Shown one piece after another: positions 1-12,978 of a DNA stretch of 64,000 nucleotides. The DNA is from Octopus sinensis. Lineage: Eukaryota. The notes under the pieces are model-generated. The model had not been told where the DNA came from. It did not search any database and saw only the letters and a list, made by a program, of their open reading frames with translations. Each line of letters opens with the position of its first letter. Positions within the stretch are counted from its first letter, which is position 1. The stretch spans positions 47,864,001 to 47,928,000 of the forward strand of contig NC_043007.1 of NCBI RefSeq assembly GCF_006345805.1. Direction: 5' to 3'. The translations under genes and the position numbers were made by a program.

Positions 1-230
1 TATGGTCCGACAGTCATGGTCTTCATTGATTACTGATGGTTGAAACATCTTAGGGCCATTTTTTGCGATAGTATCATATCTTTGCAACAGTGAACGAGTT
101 ATAGCGAGAGTAACCGTTGAGCTTCTCTGGTTCCCTGACGGACGTGTCCTCTGTTGAGGACTTACACTGGTGAAGCCATTGTCTTCGCTGATCACCAATC
201 AACAAATATGAACACTTTAGGCTACTGTAT

Positions 231-405
231 TTTCCTTCCTTCCTTCTTCCCTTCCTTCCTTCCTTTCTTCCTGCCTTCTTCCCTTCCTTCCTTCCTTCCT
301 TCCTTCCTTCCTTCCTTCCTTCCTTCCTCCTCCTTCCTCCTTCCTTCCTTCCTTCCTTCCTTCCTTCATTTATTTATTTATTTATTTATTTATTTAGTCA
401 GTTAG
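231..405. repeat. (CCTT)n then (ATTT)n microsatellite
   Basis: Directly visible; explains the spurious ORF 154..405. Confidence 0.95.
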
Positions 406-630
406 TTCTGGCAGTTGCTTCGTCGTTGTCAAATTTGAGGAGCGATCTATCATCGTTACATTGACTGGAGTTCGTGCTTAGAAACTATAAAACTAACTGA
501 GGGAAGAACGTATACATGGTCTTCTGACTGGCTGGAAACAATAGCCAAATTTTTCTCAAATCACACTTTACTCTATAAAGAAAAAATGTATAACGTCTAG
601 TGCAGAAAATAACTGAAAAAAAAATGATTT

Positions 631-677
631 TAACAACAACAACAACTACTATTACTACTACAACTACTATAGCAACA

Positions 678-712
<35 letters not shown>

Positions 713-715
713 AGG
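631..715. repeat. Compound (CAA)/(CTA)/(CAG) trinucleotide microsatellite
   Basis: Directly visible. Confidence 0.9.
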
Positions 716-861
716 TAATAGTTAACCAGAGTGCTGGTCGAAGTTCTGTGAATACTGTAATGCTGTGGCTATCAAAATTGTCTTCTGAGTGTGGTGGCTT
801 AATGTTACTTAATGTTTCTACTAAGAAATATAATATTCAACACAACCTATAACTAATCTCC

Positions 862-912
862 CTCTCTTTCTTTCTCTCCCTCCCTCCCTCCCTCTCACTC
901 TCTCTCTCTCTC

Positions 913-987
<75 letters not shown>
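862..987. repeat. (CT)n/(TA)n microsatellite
   Basis: Directly visible. Confidence 0.95.
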
Positions 988-990
<3 letters not shown>

Positions 991-1299
991 CACGTGTACA
1001 TCTATAAATGCGTGTGCATTCACACATATATACATCAATAGTGTCTAGCACGTAACTTGATCAGAGACCATGTGCAGAAACTGCGGCAGTAACACCGTGC
1101 AATAGTTATTTCAGTAATTTAATAACATAAACAACTGTTAAATTCATTTTAAATTTATTTTATGACGTGTTAAATTTTCGTTGCACAATTGCAAACTGAT
1201 GAATTTAACAGCTTTGTGTGTTATTAAAGGGTTACAATGATGATTCTACTATGTTGAGAGAAAGTTGGTATACAAGAACTAAGCCATTAGGTAAGGTGT

Positions 1300-3569
1300 A
1301 AGGTGGAGTATTTTCTTACAGCATACCGAAAACCTCACGTGGAAAAATTAACTGAAAGGTATTATTTCTCTTCTTTCCCAAAATAAGCTCACCATAAAGT
1401 ATTTGCTTGGGGATGCGCTTATTATCCATTCATATGAGATCGCCTGTCCATCGAAGTTGATTCCTAATAGGCTCGGATTGATGCGATCCTTGCTTAAGTA
1501 AGAAACTTAGTGTTAGGAATGAGCGAGGACCAGATTATTCTGAGTATGTGGCGGAAATATTTCTGCTGAATTCTTTCCAACAATTTTACATGACGCGTGC
1601 ATATTGTCCAAATCTCAGAAGCATGCAGAAAGAGAAAATTAGATATATACCGAGATCTTAACATCAGCTTTGATATGGCACTGTGGTCAGGCTTTAGATT
1701 CTAGGCAGCCAAAGGCTTTTGCTGCCCTTTGACTACCGAAAGTGATTTCCGCGTCTAGGTTTTTATCAACATATACCATTCTACCCAAGTATTGAAAAGA
1801 AGCCACCGCTTTAAGTACTGAGCCCATAACCAGTATCTAAGGTTCGTTGAATTGTTGCCCAATTGATGCATTACAACAGATTTTGTTTTCAAATTAACTG
1901 TGGGAGCAAATATGTTACGTAAAGTATCAAATGCATTAATTAAATTCTGCGAGCCTTACTCAGTGTGACTTATTAAGTCACAGTCGTCCGCGTATAAATG
2001 ATCACGTACCAGGGAAGTAAAGACCTTTGGAATTGAAATTAATTTTTGTCAGGTTAAGTACATTACTCGAAGATCAGAATCGTATATAGATGCAATTTGC
2101 TGAAGTTGCAAATGTATTTAAAAGCACAGCGGTAAAATATACAGAGAAGAATATCGATGCTTCGAGATCACCTTGCTTAAGTCCATCTTCAACTGGAAAT
2201 GGTTCCAATCGGGTTCTACCAAAGATAACCCGGACCTTCAGATCTTTATGGAGAACCCTGGTTATATTCACAAACTTTTCAGGACAGCCAAGTTTCTTCA
2301 ACACCAGCTACAGTGTATTAACCATGTTAAAAAACTTTGCTAAGATCCACAAAACAATGGTATAAGCCTACGTTTTGTTCGTTGCTTTTCTCTTGTAGCT
2401 GTCGAATATTGAAGATCATATCAACTACCCCTCGAAGCCACATTGTGACTTCGATACAGCTCTCGGAACAATGAATTTATCAATGCATTCTGAAAGAACA
2501 CAAGAAAGCTCTTCTCCGATAAATGACAAAGACATTCTACGTAAAAGAATAAGTCCTGAGGACTAGATTTATTTAGGGAAGTGAGAATAGCATCAACCCA
2601 GTCTTGAGACACCTCCTCTTTCCTCCACTAGTATACAAATAAGGAATGAAGTAGTTTGGTCATCCTTTCCCAACTAATCGACAAAATTTCTGAACTAATG
2701 CCACCAATACCCGAAGTTTTATTATTATTGAGATTTTTTTTACAGCTGCTGCAATATCATCTAATGTTGACTAAACAGGCGTTTCTTTGACAAAAGATGG
2801 TCTACAACTTCCTCAGTTATTCTCATATTAACATTTGATCGTATATTGAGAAAATCAGAATACTTCTGTACCCATCATTTTTGTATGGATGGGATATCAG
2901 TTAAGAGCTGGTGGTCATCAACAGATATCACTGGAGTTATAGATGCTGACAGCGCCAAAAAAGTCTCTTTTACAAAAGTAAAGAAGGCCTGTCTTTAGCA
3001 GCTTCTGCGTACTTTGCTTTTTGGTGCCACCACTTACATTTCATTTTTCAGAGACTAAACTGAATTTTTAATTTAATAGATTTATATTCTTATGTCTTAG
3101 GATTATTTGACTTAGAATTTTTTGCTGCTTTCCAAGAAGATTAGTAATTTCCTAGTCATTGTCAATAAACCAGTCGGCCACTTTCTTAGATCTTCGGCCC
3201 GAATGCAGCATTATAGACTTATAATTTGAAATTTTCCCATGGATCTTCTTCAGTTGAGAGACCTCTTACTGTATCAGGAAAACTTTGCAATAAAGTAGGA
3301 GAATTAAGGTTTACCATGTTAATTCTCTTTGGTACGCTAGAGCCTTCTTTTCTAATTTTTGATCGAATTGTAAAAGTAAACTTCTCTTTCATTAGCCTAT
3401 GGTATGTCCAGCATTCTGTTTCTCTCACAGCTTGGACTTTGCGGAGACCCTTCAAATCTGATTTGTATAGTCAATAAAGTACCAGTGCTCAGGCCTTGGA
3501 TCTATCCAGGTTGTTTTATATTTATTATATATGTACTGTTTGTTTCTGCTGAAAGAATGTGCTTGCTAT
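1300..3569 (-). mobile_element. Degenerate RTE-clade LINE (APE C-terminus, linker, RT), 5'-truncated
   Basis: Minus-strand remnants: TFFQQK..KTTW.DPR.EHWYFIDY (~3480-3560), WTYHRL (3219..3455 ORF), LGCPEKFVNI..LH / GLKQGD (2074..2304), and QLRWTG..RMDNKRIPKQILYGEL (~1390-1460). Many stops and frameshifts. Confidence 0.85.
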
Positions 3570-5175
3570 CACTAGCCAATGTTCAGTGCTAGAAGTAAGG
3601 TGTGAGACATAATTTTAGTTACATTTTTCTACACCATATTTACCTAAGGCCAACTATGTCATGAAATCACATCCAACGATTGAGTTCAAGTCACCCATAA
3701 CGTTGGTCAACAATGTTTGAAAAGTTGTGTGCGTCTTAAATGAGATTAGCTAATTCTTATGTATTTTCATGTCCTGAATCCAAATATTACCTTCAAAAAT
3801 GCTTATCAGCTATTGGCTTAAAGATACACGACATATTCGATTATAACATATAACATATATATTATAACATATGAAATGTTTCATAATGTTTTAAGCTCTT
3901 GTCCGTATCTACTATCTGCCTTTTTGTTTGACGCTTGTAGTGGGCCGACTAATCACCTCTGTCAATGTCCAGCAATAGTCTGCAAGCATTGTTATGCTCT
4001 ACTTGCCTTGGTATCGCCTTCTCATGGTTGAACTATCTTAGTAAAACCTCTCACCATGTTCGTCACTAACCACTCCACATTTCACTGGAAAAAAGTCTAA
4101 ATGTGAGTCCAAAAAGTAAATTTTAAGTTACATGTTACATCCCATGTTCTTGTAAGCCTTGATAAGTTTTTCCACCAATTCTTCATAGTTTCCTTCTCTT
4201 CTGTTTCCGAGAAATCCCATCTCCACTAACTTAAATGCCTCTCAAGCAGCTTTCTCCTCCCCATGAAGGGCTGACTCAAAGTCACCGTCTTTAAGAAGTT
4301 ATCGAATCTGAGGACCAATGAAGACTCTCTCTTTTACTTTAGCATCGGTCAGTGTGGGGAATTTTGATGCTAAATACTTGAACCCCATGATCGGATTTGT
4401 CCATAGCTTTTACAAAGTTTTTTTTTATGAGCCCTAGTTTTATGTGTAGTGGTGGTAACAAACTTTTGTTTGGTTCAGTGATCGGTGGATGTTAAACAGT
4501 TTTCATCCCAGGCTCCTGTCTCTCCTGATATAGTGGGAACCACATTCACGGCTTTCCCATTCATACAGAAAGCACGAATACTTGGTGTATCTGCGCTGAA
4601 GCCCATCACAAGAGCAACAACCTTTAAGTCACCACAGAGCTGCAATTGATGTTCATAATTTTTTATGCATTGCAACATATGCTTTATATTCTCATAAATT
4701 TCTTTCGTATGTGATGCATAGCCCACAGGAACTGATGGTTCACTTTGCCATTGTGCAGCAAGACAACTTTCAGAATAATTTTTGATGAATCTATGCACAG
4801 CCCCCAGTGACTGGGTTCGTATTGAATATCAAGTGCTTCCACCAGACCATTAATATTGTAGCAGAACAATAAATCACCTTCCATTATGAAGAAATTGCTG
4901 AACTGCTATTGACGGTCATGAAATTTTGAAATCTTCACATCAGCTGGTGGGAGATTCCATTGTTGAAGACGAAAGTCTAGCAGCTCTGCTTTATTCTCAG
5001 GTAGATCTCTGACAAGGTCACGGAGTTCCCCTTGCGTTAGTCATTCTGTAATCCAGCACTGTCATCCTTCTCTGCTTCCTCCTCGCGACTTTATTCACCT
5101 GTCTCAAAGGATACCGAAGTTGGTGCATATATATCCAACTGCAAAGGTATTTCTTGTACACTGCATGTTAAGTTA
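3570..5175 (-). mobile_element. Chapaev3-like (CMC superfamily) DNA transposon remnant
   Basis: Minus-strand transposase motifs: IDSSK..LKVVLLHNG, CGDLKVVAL, PLHIKLGL..NFVKAMDK, F.GPQIR, FLDSHLDFFP, SDEHGERF, MLADYCW. Left end begins CACTAG (3570). Transposase identity is strong; family assignment is from recall. Confidence 0.75.
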
Positions 5176-5215
5176 ACATCAATCATGTGGTTGGCAGATG
5201 TCTACACATGATTGA

Positions 5216-5579
5216 TGTCCTTTGTACGACCACACCTCGAATACTGCTGTCCCTTGTGGTCTCCCTATACAAAACAAAACATCTCGAGGATTGAATCACC
5301 CAAGAGGGCAACTCACTAAACGAATTGAAGGCATGACTGATCTCGATTATTGGGACCGCCTTAAAGCCTTGAAACTCTACTCCCTCCAGTGTTGCCACGA
5401 ACGGTACACCATTTGTACGCTGTGGGGAATTTAAGGCGGTCCCAATAATCGAGATCAGTCATGCCTTCAATTCGTTTAGTGAGTTGCCCTCTTGGGTGAT
5501 TCAATCCTCGAGATGTTTTGTTTTGTATAGGGAGACCACAAGGGACAGCAGTATTCGAGGTGTGGTCGTACAAAGGACA
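5216..5579. repeat. 150-bp inverted repeat (5216-5365 / 5430-5579) with 64-bp spacer, LINE-derived
   Basis: Arms read as reverse complements; ORFs 5222..5434(+) and 5361..5597(-) share the same peptide. Confidence 0.95.
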
Positions 5580-7580
5580 AAAGTGGAATGATGACATCTT
5601 GTTCTCTGGACTGGAAGATTCAGGAGCTCATCCTACGAGCTATATCGACCTTATTGTTGATGTAGGCACTCCAACTGAGATTGTTATCTACAATTACACC
5701 CAGGTCTCTGATATTGCTAGAGGCTGTGAGCAGTTCCCCTGAAGGAAGAGAGTATGGCTGTTTTAGTATGGACTTTCTTCCAAAATGCATCAGCTCAAAT
5801 TTTCCCTCGTTCAGTTTCATTTTGTTTTTGTCTCCCCATTGACTCACAGCATATAGATCAGACTGGAGTTGAGTTCGGTCTTCTTCATTGATGATTTGCT
5901 GGAGCTTAGTGTCGTCAGCAAATATTTTCACTTTGCAGTGATTTACGACGCTGGAAAGGCCAATTATGTAAATTATAAAGAGGAGAGGGCCCAAGACAGT
6001 ACCCCGAGGTACACCACTGGTGACTTTTGCTGGACTTGAGTGGACTCCATCAACTACAAAATGTTGTGGTCTATTCGCCAGGAAATACTTAATCCAGTGT
6101 AGAAGTTTTCCACGGATTCCAACATTTGCCAATTTTGAGAGTAGGGTTTTATGATCAACCCTGTCGAAGGCTTTACTGAAGTCAAAATATATGACATCAG
6201 AGTTCGAACCTGTTCCCAAGGCTTTAAGTATATATTCAATGTGGTGTAAGAGCTGTGTCAGACAGTCCCTGCCACAGCGAAAGCCATGCTGATTTGCATT
6301 TAGGAGTTTGTGGGTCTCCAGGAAGTCAGCTATCCATGATCTTACCACTCTTTCAAACACTTTAATGATATGGGAGGTGAATGAGATTGAGCGATAGTTA
6401 ACTGCGAGGGATCTGTTTCCCTGTTTGAAAACCAGCATGACAGACTTGGGATAGGAACTGTTTCGGGATATAGCCTGAGTCTAAAGAATTTCTCCAGAGG
6501 TTGGTCAGAAGAACTGCAAGTTGCTGTTTACATTCCTTCAGGAGACTAGCAGGGAATCTATCAGTGCCTACAGCAGAATAGTATTTGACCTTATTTATTG
6601 CTGCTATGATGTCAGAGGCAGTGAAGGTTGTCCGAGATTTTATGTTGGGAATCAACTTCGTTCGCTTCTCTTACGTCAATATCAGTGGGATCACTAAAGA
6701 CAGAGCAGTATTGTTTCTGCAGTATTTCTGCCATTTCTTTAGCATCATGTTGGGAATGCCGTTATCATCAATCAATGGCCCAATGGGTAAGACAGCAGTT
6801 CTATGCTTATTTGCATAATAATAGTACATTTTGGGTTCTGTTTGATGTTTTTGATTACCCACTGTTCCTTCGCAGCTTTTTGATTTTCAGTAGAGGTTTT
6901 TATGTCGGTTTGCAGATGAAGTTTTTCCAACTCCAGCCTTTTCATTGTTGTTAAATGTGGATGTTATATTTGGGGGTATTTTAATTGGCTGATTTTTTTA
7001 TTGAGTCTTTTGATGCACCTGATGAGTGTTTTTTTTTTCTTTTTAGGGAGCCGGTTTCTGTTTATGTTAGTGGATTTCGTAGGAGCGTATTTTGAGCATG
7101 TATAGGTGACAATGTTCTCAAAGTGCTGCCATGCCGTCTCAATGTGAGTGGAACTGAGAATGAAAGACCGGTCGATGAAAAATAGATCCTTTCTGATTGC
7201 TCCCCAGTCCGCTTTGTGGAAGTTTATGTTGTCAAATGAGTGCCATGGATTGGGATTGACTGGTTTGGTTTTGATATGCAGGGAATTAAAATTGCAGAGT
7301 ATCCTCTCGTGGTCTGAGAGGAGAGTTTTTTCAACTGAAATACTGTGAACGGAGCTAGAGTGGTTGGTTAATATTAGATCCAAGATCGTTTTATTCTGTC
7401 TTGTTGGTTCGCGCACTAACTGAGTCAGGAAGAATTTATCCATTAGATTAAAGAGTAATTCTACTGCTGCTTTATCTGATGTAGAACATTTGCCTAACTT
7501 CAGAGTATTTGTGGGCTTGATTTTGTTGAGGCACTCTTCAAAGCACTTTAGAGGTGCTTGAGGAGGCCCGTAAAGACCAA
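5430..7580 (-). mobile_element. CR1-group LINE, ORF2 (APE C-terminus + RT), frameshifted and truncated at both ends
   Basis: NYRSISFTSHIIKVFERVV, YFDFSKAFDRVDH, GVPRGTVLGPLLFIIYI, FADDTK, DLGVIVD (ORF 5620..6438); PTRQNKTILDLILTN and DHE (6964..7443); LYGPP near 7570. Confidence 0.9.
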
Positions 7581-7625
7581 CAAATATATATAAATATATA
7601 TATATATATATAAATATATATATAT

Positions 7626-7654
<29 letters not shown>

Positions 7655-7656
<2 letters not shown>

Positions 7657-7759
7657 ACATAAACAGAAACCGGCTCCCTAAAAAGAAAAAAAAACACCTC
7701 ATCAGGTGCATCAAAAGACTCAATAAAAAAATCAGCCAATTAAAATACCCCCAATATAA
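7655..7759 (+). repeat. Inverted near-identical copy of LINE segment 6964-7069 embedded in (TA)n
   Basis: Reverse complement of 6964-7069, differing only by small indels near homopolymers. Confidence 0.9.
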
Positions 7760-7783
7760 TATATATATATATATTATATATAT

Positions 7784-7880
<97 letters not shown>

Positions 7881-7889
7881 AAGTTAATC

Positions 7890-8200
7890 CAAACGGGAAA
7901 ACAGAAAAAAAAAACAAACACAAGGAGGTGGAACATTAAAGTATTATTATTAGGCGCTCAGGAAAAATGGAAGAATGGGGAAAGGGTATGACGTTTCGAG
8001 CGGAGCTCTTCGTCGGAAACATAAGAGAAAGAAAAATCCCGAGGTGGGCGAACGGAGGGAGAAAAAACGCGACTGGTTTTTACGAAGTAAACAAATATGT
8101 ATATATATATATATATATAATTTACAAAATAAGGGCAAAAGGGTATGAGTAAGTATTTCACTTATGTCTCACGTATTTATCGCTGAAGAGGGGAAAATTC
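7890..8200 (-). mobile_element. Penelope-like pLTR remnant with degenerate hammerhead motif (~7985-8030)
   Basis: Minus strand reads CCGACGA-A-GAGC-TCC-GCTC-GAAAC-GTC; same layout as the pLTR motifs at 24177 and 55372. Confidence 0.55.
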
Positions 8201-8368
8201 TTATGAATTAACCCCGAAATTGGGACCAATACGGTAATAACGGATTTTTAGATATTTCTATCGGTCTGTTTCGAGACACATAAATTATAATGGTTATTGA
8301 CAATTTTGTCTTTTTTGGGCATATTTGGCATTAGAATTTTTCTTTTGCTATTTTGAAATTATTTAGGA

Positions 8369-8374
<6 letters not shown>

Positions 8375-8427
<53 letters not shown>

Positions 8428-8644
8428 TTCCAAATGCTGTTTTTACTGAGATCTCCCTTTTTAGTAGAAGAAATAGCTAAACCCTTTGACTGCTATTTCT
8501 AAATTCGGTATGTGGTAAGGCACTCGTTTGCTAAACCCTTATTGCTTAGTATTACTTAAATTTTCCTCGAATGAGGCTTTTACATGCCGAAGACTACTTG
8601 GTGTAATTGATCATTTTTCCAAATTAATTAATTTCACCCTTCAT

Positions 8645-8678
<34 letters not shown>

Positions 8679-8771
8679 TATATATATATTATATATAATA
8701 AGGGTGAAATTAATATATATATATTAATATATATATATTAATATATAGATAATATATTAATATATATATAT

Positions 8772-8815
<44 letters not shown>

Positions 8816-8827
8816 CTTATATATAAG

Positions 8828-8862
<35 letters not shown>

Positions 8863-9017
8863 TATATATATATAGATATATATATATATATATAATATAT
8901 ATATAAGATATATATAATATATATAATATATATATAGATATATATATATATATATATAATATATATTATATATAAAGATATATATATCTATAGATTATAT
9001 ATAATATATATTATAAT

Positions 9018-9106
<89 letters not shown>
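8375..9106. repeat. Long irregular (TA)n arrays around a short non-repetitive segment
   Basis: Directly visible; includes a ~15-bp inverted repeat (ATTAATTTCACCCTT / AAGGGTGAAATTAAT) at ~8627-8715. Confidence 0.9.
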
Positions 9107-9109
<3 letters not shown>

Positions 9110-9270
9110 TGTAGGCATAGCTGTGGTAAGAAGTTTGTCTCCCAACCACACGGTTCTGGATTCAGTCTCACTGCGTGCGCGCCGTGGCACTTATCTTCTA
9201 CTATAACCTTGGGCCGACCAAAATCTTGTAAGTTGGTTTAGTAAAGGAAACTGAAAGAAGCTCGTCGTAT
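9107..9270 (+). mobile_element. tRNA-derived SINE, family B (GGCGTAGG..GCTGTGTGGTAAG head), 3'-truncated
   Basis: A-box-like GTGGTAAG, B-box-like GG(A/G)TTCAGTC, body GGGCCGACCAAA..GGAAACTGAAAGAAGC.CGTCG; several copies in the window. Confidence 0.8.
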
Positions 9271-9817
9271 ATATATTTTTTTATTTCTCTCGTGCTCTCT
9301 ATCACTCATTCTTTTTCTTTCTCTCCCTATATATGCATACATATATAAATAAGTTCAGGTTTAGTATATATGCTCTATTTAAAAGGATCAAAGCCTTCAA
9401 GTTCGGAATTACTGAATAATTATCATAAATGTTCAAAACAATCTCTTTCGCCTTCCATGAGTAATAATTCACCTCTGGGGTTAAAATTTCTCACTGTTCC
9501 AGTTCTTCAAAACTAATTACCCTAAATTACTGTATTATTTTCTCCATTTATATAACCAGGTTTCCAACTCGTGTTATAGTTTATTTTTCGAAATTGATGG
9601 ATTGTTGCGAAACTAATTATTTGTAGATATATTTTTAGTAGTTTGTGTTGTGTAGTGTGATTGTGCCATTTTGACCATCATAAGGCAATTTCAGCAAAAT
9701 TTATCTGGTGTCTAAGTTCAAATACATTATTGTCATTAAAAGAGAATATACAGAGAAAGTAATGTTCATTATATATATATTCTCACTATTATAGAATGAT
9801 GTGTGAAATCAAATGAT

Positions 9818-9861
<44 letters not shown>

Positions 9862-10007
9862 TCCCACGTGTATAATTACATATATGTATGTGTGTATGAG
9901 CATACATTCATACGTACATATATGCATATATATACACAGACACATGCTTTCACACTATTATGAATTTAAGCGTGAGAATAATTACTATTGTATGAATACA
10001 TCCATCC

Positions 10008-10175
<168 letters not shown>

Positions 10176-10264
10176 ATTGATCTCTCTCTCCTTGAGCAGG
10201 ACTGCCAATTACCAAACCCCAACGCATACCAATCCCCAATGCTTACCAATCCCCAACGCTTGTT

Positions 10265-10600
10265 TTGCGCGTGTATACTCACGAATGCGCGCGCGTGAAC
10301 ATACACGTGTGTGGCGCGCATACTGGTGTGCATGCGTACATGCATGTGAATATACATATGTACATATGAATGAATACGCATGTGTGTGTGTGCGAACATG
10401 TGTGTGCACATTTGCGCATATGTGCGTGTGTATGCATGCATGTTCACGCGTACGTGTTCGTCCATATGTATGTGTGTGTCATATGCGCGCCCAAGTACAA
10501 ATGCACATGCTCGCATCAATACATACATGCACGCAAAACCATATGAGCGCGTTTACACACCCACATATACCACTATATACTTGCACATACCGCCCCTTCC
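10265..10600. repeat. Degenerate alternating purine-pyrimidine tract (CA/TG/CG/TA mosaic)
   Basis: Near-continuous RY alternation including GCGCGCGCG. Confidence 0.8.
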
Positions 10601-10779
10601 TACTTCCCTTCCAACAATGTGACTGATTTCCTTACCTCCACGTGGCTTATTTTCCGTTCTCCATGCAGTCAGTTTCCTGTTTACCTTGCGGTATTTTCCA
10701 ACTAACTGTTACCCATATTCCAACATCAAACCACAACCTTCCTCGACTAATCACAGCCCACCTTGCCGTAATAACAATC

Positions 10780-11530
10780 ATCTTCTGTCATTCATATTCA
10801 AGATGGCTGACGACAAGCATCACGTTTGAAACTCAAGAACACCAACGAATTTCTATTAGACTGTTTCGATCCATATATATGGTGGTTGTCTACTCCTTAT
10901 GCAGAGTTTGACCACCTCCTGTACCTACATCTTTGAACCATCATAGTATCTGATGTGGCTTTTTAAAACAGACAATATTTTGAAAAGACACCCACATGGA
11001 TTGCATATCCGATTTAGACCACCAAGAGCTGCAGATAAGTTCTGATCTATATGAATCTTAAAATGTCTTTTGAGGGCTCTGTTAGATTTGCAAACCTTCT
11101 GGCATACATTGTATTGAAAAGTGTGCACAGACATATAGGCAGAATAGTTGGTGGAGGTTCATTTTCCATGGGTTCGCAAATGAGATTTTAGTCAAGCAAA
11201 AGAAAGACATGGTCTGTCACAAACTGTGCACACTAAGTGGTCATCGTGATTCCCCTTCTCGATCGTAACAATCTTTCTTAAATCTCTCTTGAGTCTTGCA
11301 AGTTGCTTGATAATTTAAAGTTTGCAACATTTAATTTTTTGGGTACCTTAGGACCAAACTGTCGATTTTTAGGCATTATCGAAAAATTTATTTTTTCACG
11401 CACTAGACGATGGTCAGTCCAGCTCTCTGCTCCTCTCACGGCACGAACGCTAGAAACATCTTTCATATCTTTCATATCAAAATATAATCTATGCGATGTC
11501 AGTGCTTAGATCTTGGGTGCATCCAGGTGG
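10780..11530 (-). mobile_element. Internally deleted RTE LINE: APE end joined to 3' C2H2 zinc-finger tail
   Basis: VRAVRGAESWTDHRLVR (11278..11475); CQKVCKSNRALKRHFKIH and CNPCGCLFKILSVLKSHIR (10925..11134); no RT between them. Confidence 0.75.
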
Positions 11531-12439
11531 TTTTATATTTATTTTGCTGCTTAAGAGTGTTGGTAACAGCCAGATTATTATCAGTACAAAACGTCAAAAG
11601 AGCTACTCCATTTTTATTACATTTTCGAATTCCATAGTACTCATCAGTGCAAAGAAAAAATAATAACAGAAACTTTAAAAAAGAGCAGAGAAGTTGGATC
11701 TATGGGTTTCATGTTTATCTCTTCCTGTCTATGTGTGATAGTGATGGGAGTCATGTCAATTATTAAACCACAACTAACGGATGAACAGTAAGGGGATGAT
11801 ATAAACATAGAGATATCGATAACACTCTCTCTATAGATTAGCATAGATTTGCTAATTATGTAGCATAGGACGAGTAACTTAGAGAAATGTCCAATGAGAA
11901 AACGTTACCTAATGTAAATGAAATCTAACCGTTAAAAACAATACTTGGTATTTTTTAATAAAAAATCATAAACAGATGAAGAAAATTTAACGAAAAAAAA
12001 TCACGTTTGTAAAGCTTATACTGGAAAGGTAATTATGTAATCTATGAAAATATAGGGGGAGGGGAGGAATTAAAAAGAATGAAGTGGACGTGGAGTAAGG
12101 ACTCTTGTTTACTCAAAATCCGTATTAAGGTAATATGAAAGTATAATAAAAGAGAAAATGAGGAAAAGTGGTAATTCAAATGGAAACATGACGATTAAGG
12201 TTGTATTATGCTTACGAAGTCTATTGCTAAGAAGAGAGATGAGAGAACATTTTAGGATATGTAGTAAGAAGAGAAATATAGAAGCGATAAAGTGATAAAT
12301 TAGAGAGGGGGAAAGGATACGAAATTTTACTAGTGTTTGGGACATAAATAAGAAGAATAAGTAATAAAAAAGATCAATGAGATGTAATGAGGGAAGTGAA
12401 TGTTAAAAATAAAAGACACAGAGAATATATATATGTGTG

Positions 12440-12481
<42 letters not shown>

Positions 12482-12947
12482 ATATATATATACATATACA
12501 TTTTAATATCCAATATATCATCATCATCATCATTCCTATTTTACATCTACCTTCCATACAGGTAAGCATTGGACAATTAGATGGGATCCGAACGTCGGAT
12601 GATTGGATCTTGCTCTAGTGTTTTACTTTCGGCAAATTTTCGAGGTTGGGTGCACTTGCCAATATTATCCAATTTACAGAGTGTAGTCGGTACTTTGATT
12701 GTGGCACCAGTCACTAGTGCGGTCGAAATATGCGCAAAACTAAAGAACTGTTACACTAGAAGAAATGAGAGAGGGGAGGGGGAAAAGTAGAAGGATGATA
12801 GAAAAGGGTGTGCAGGGATAATCCAGCATTAAAGGAGTAAATGCAGACGGAAGGTGCGCGAGAGAGCATAAGATAAGGAACCGGAAAGGTTGAGGGATGA
12901 GGGATATATTACAGGTTAAGACAAAAGTGAAGATGTCGTGGAGGGGC

Positions 12948-12978
<31 letters not shown>

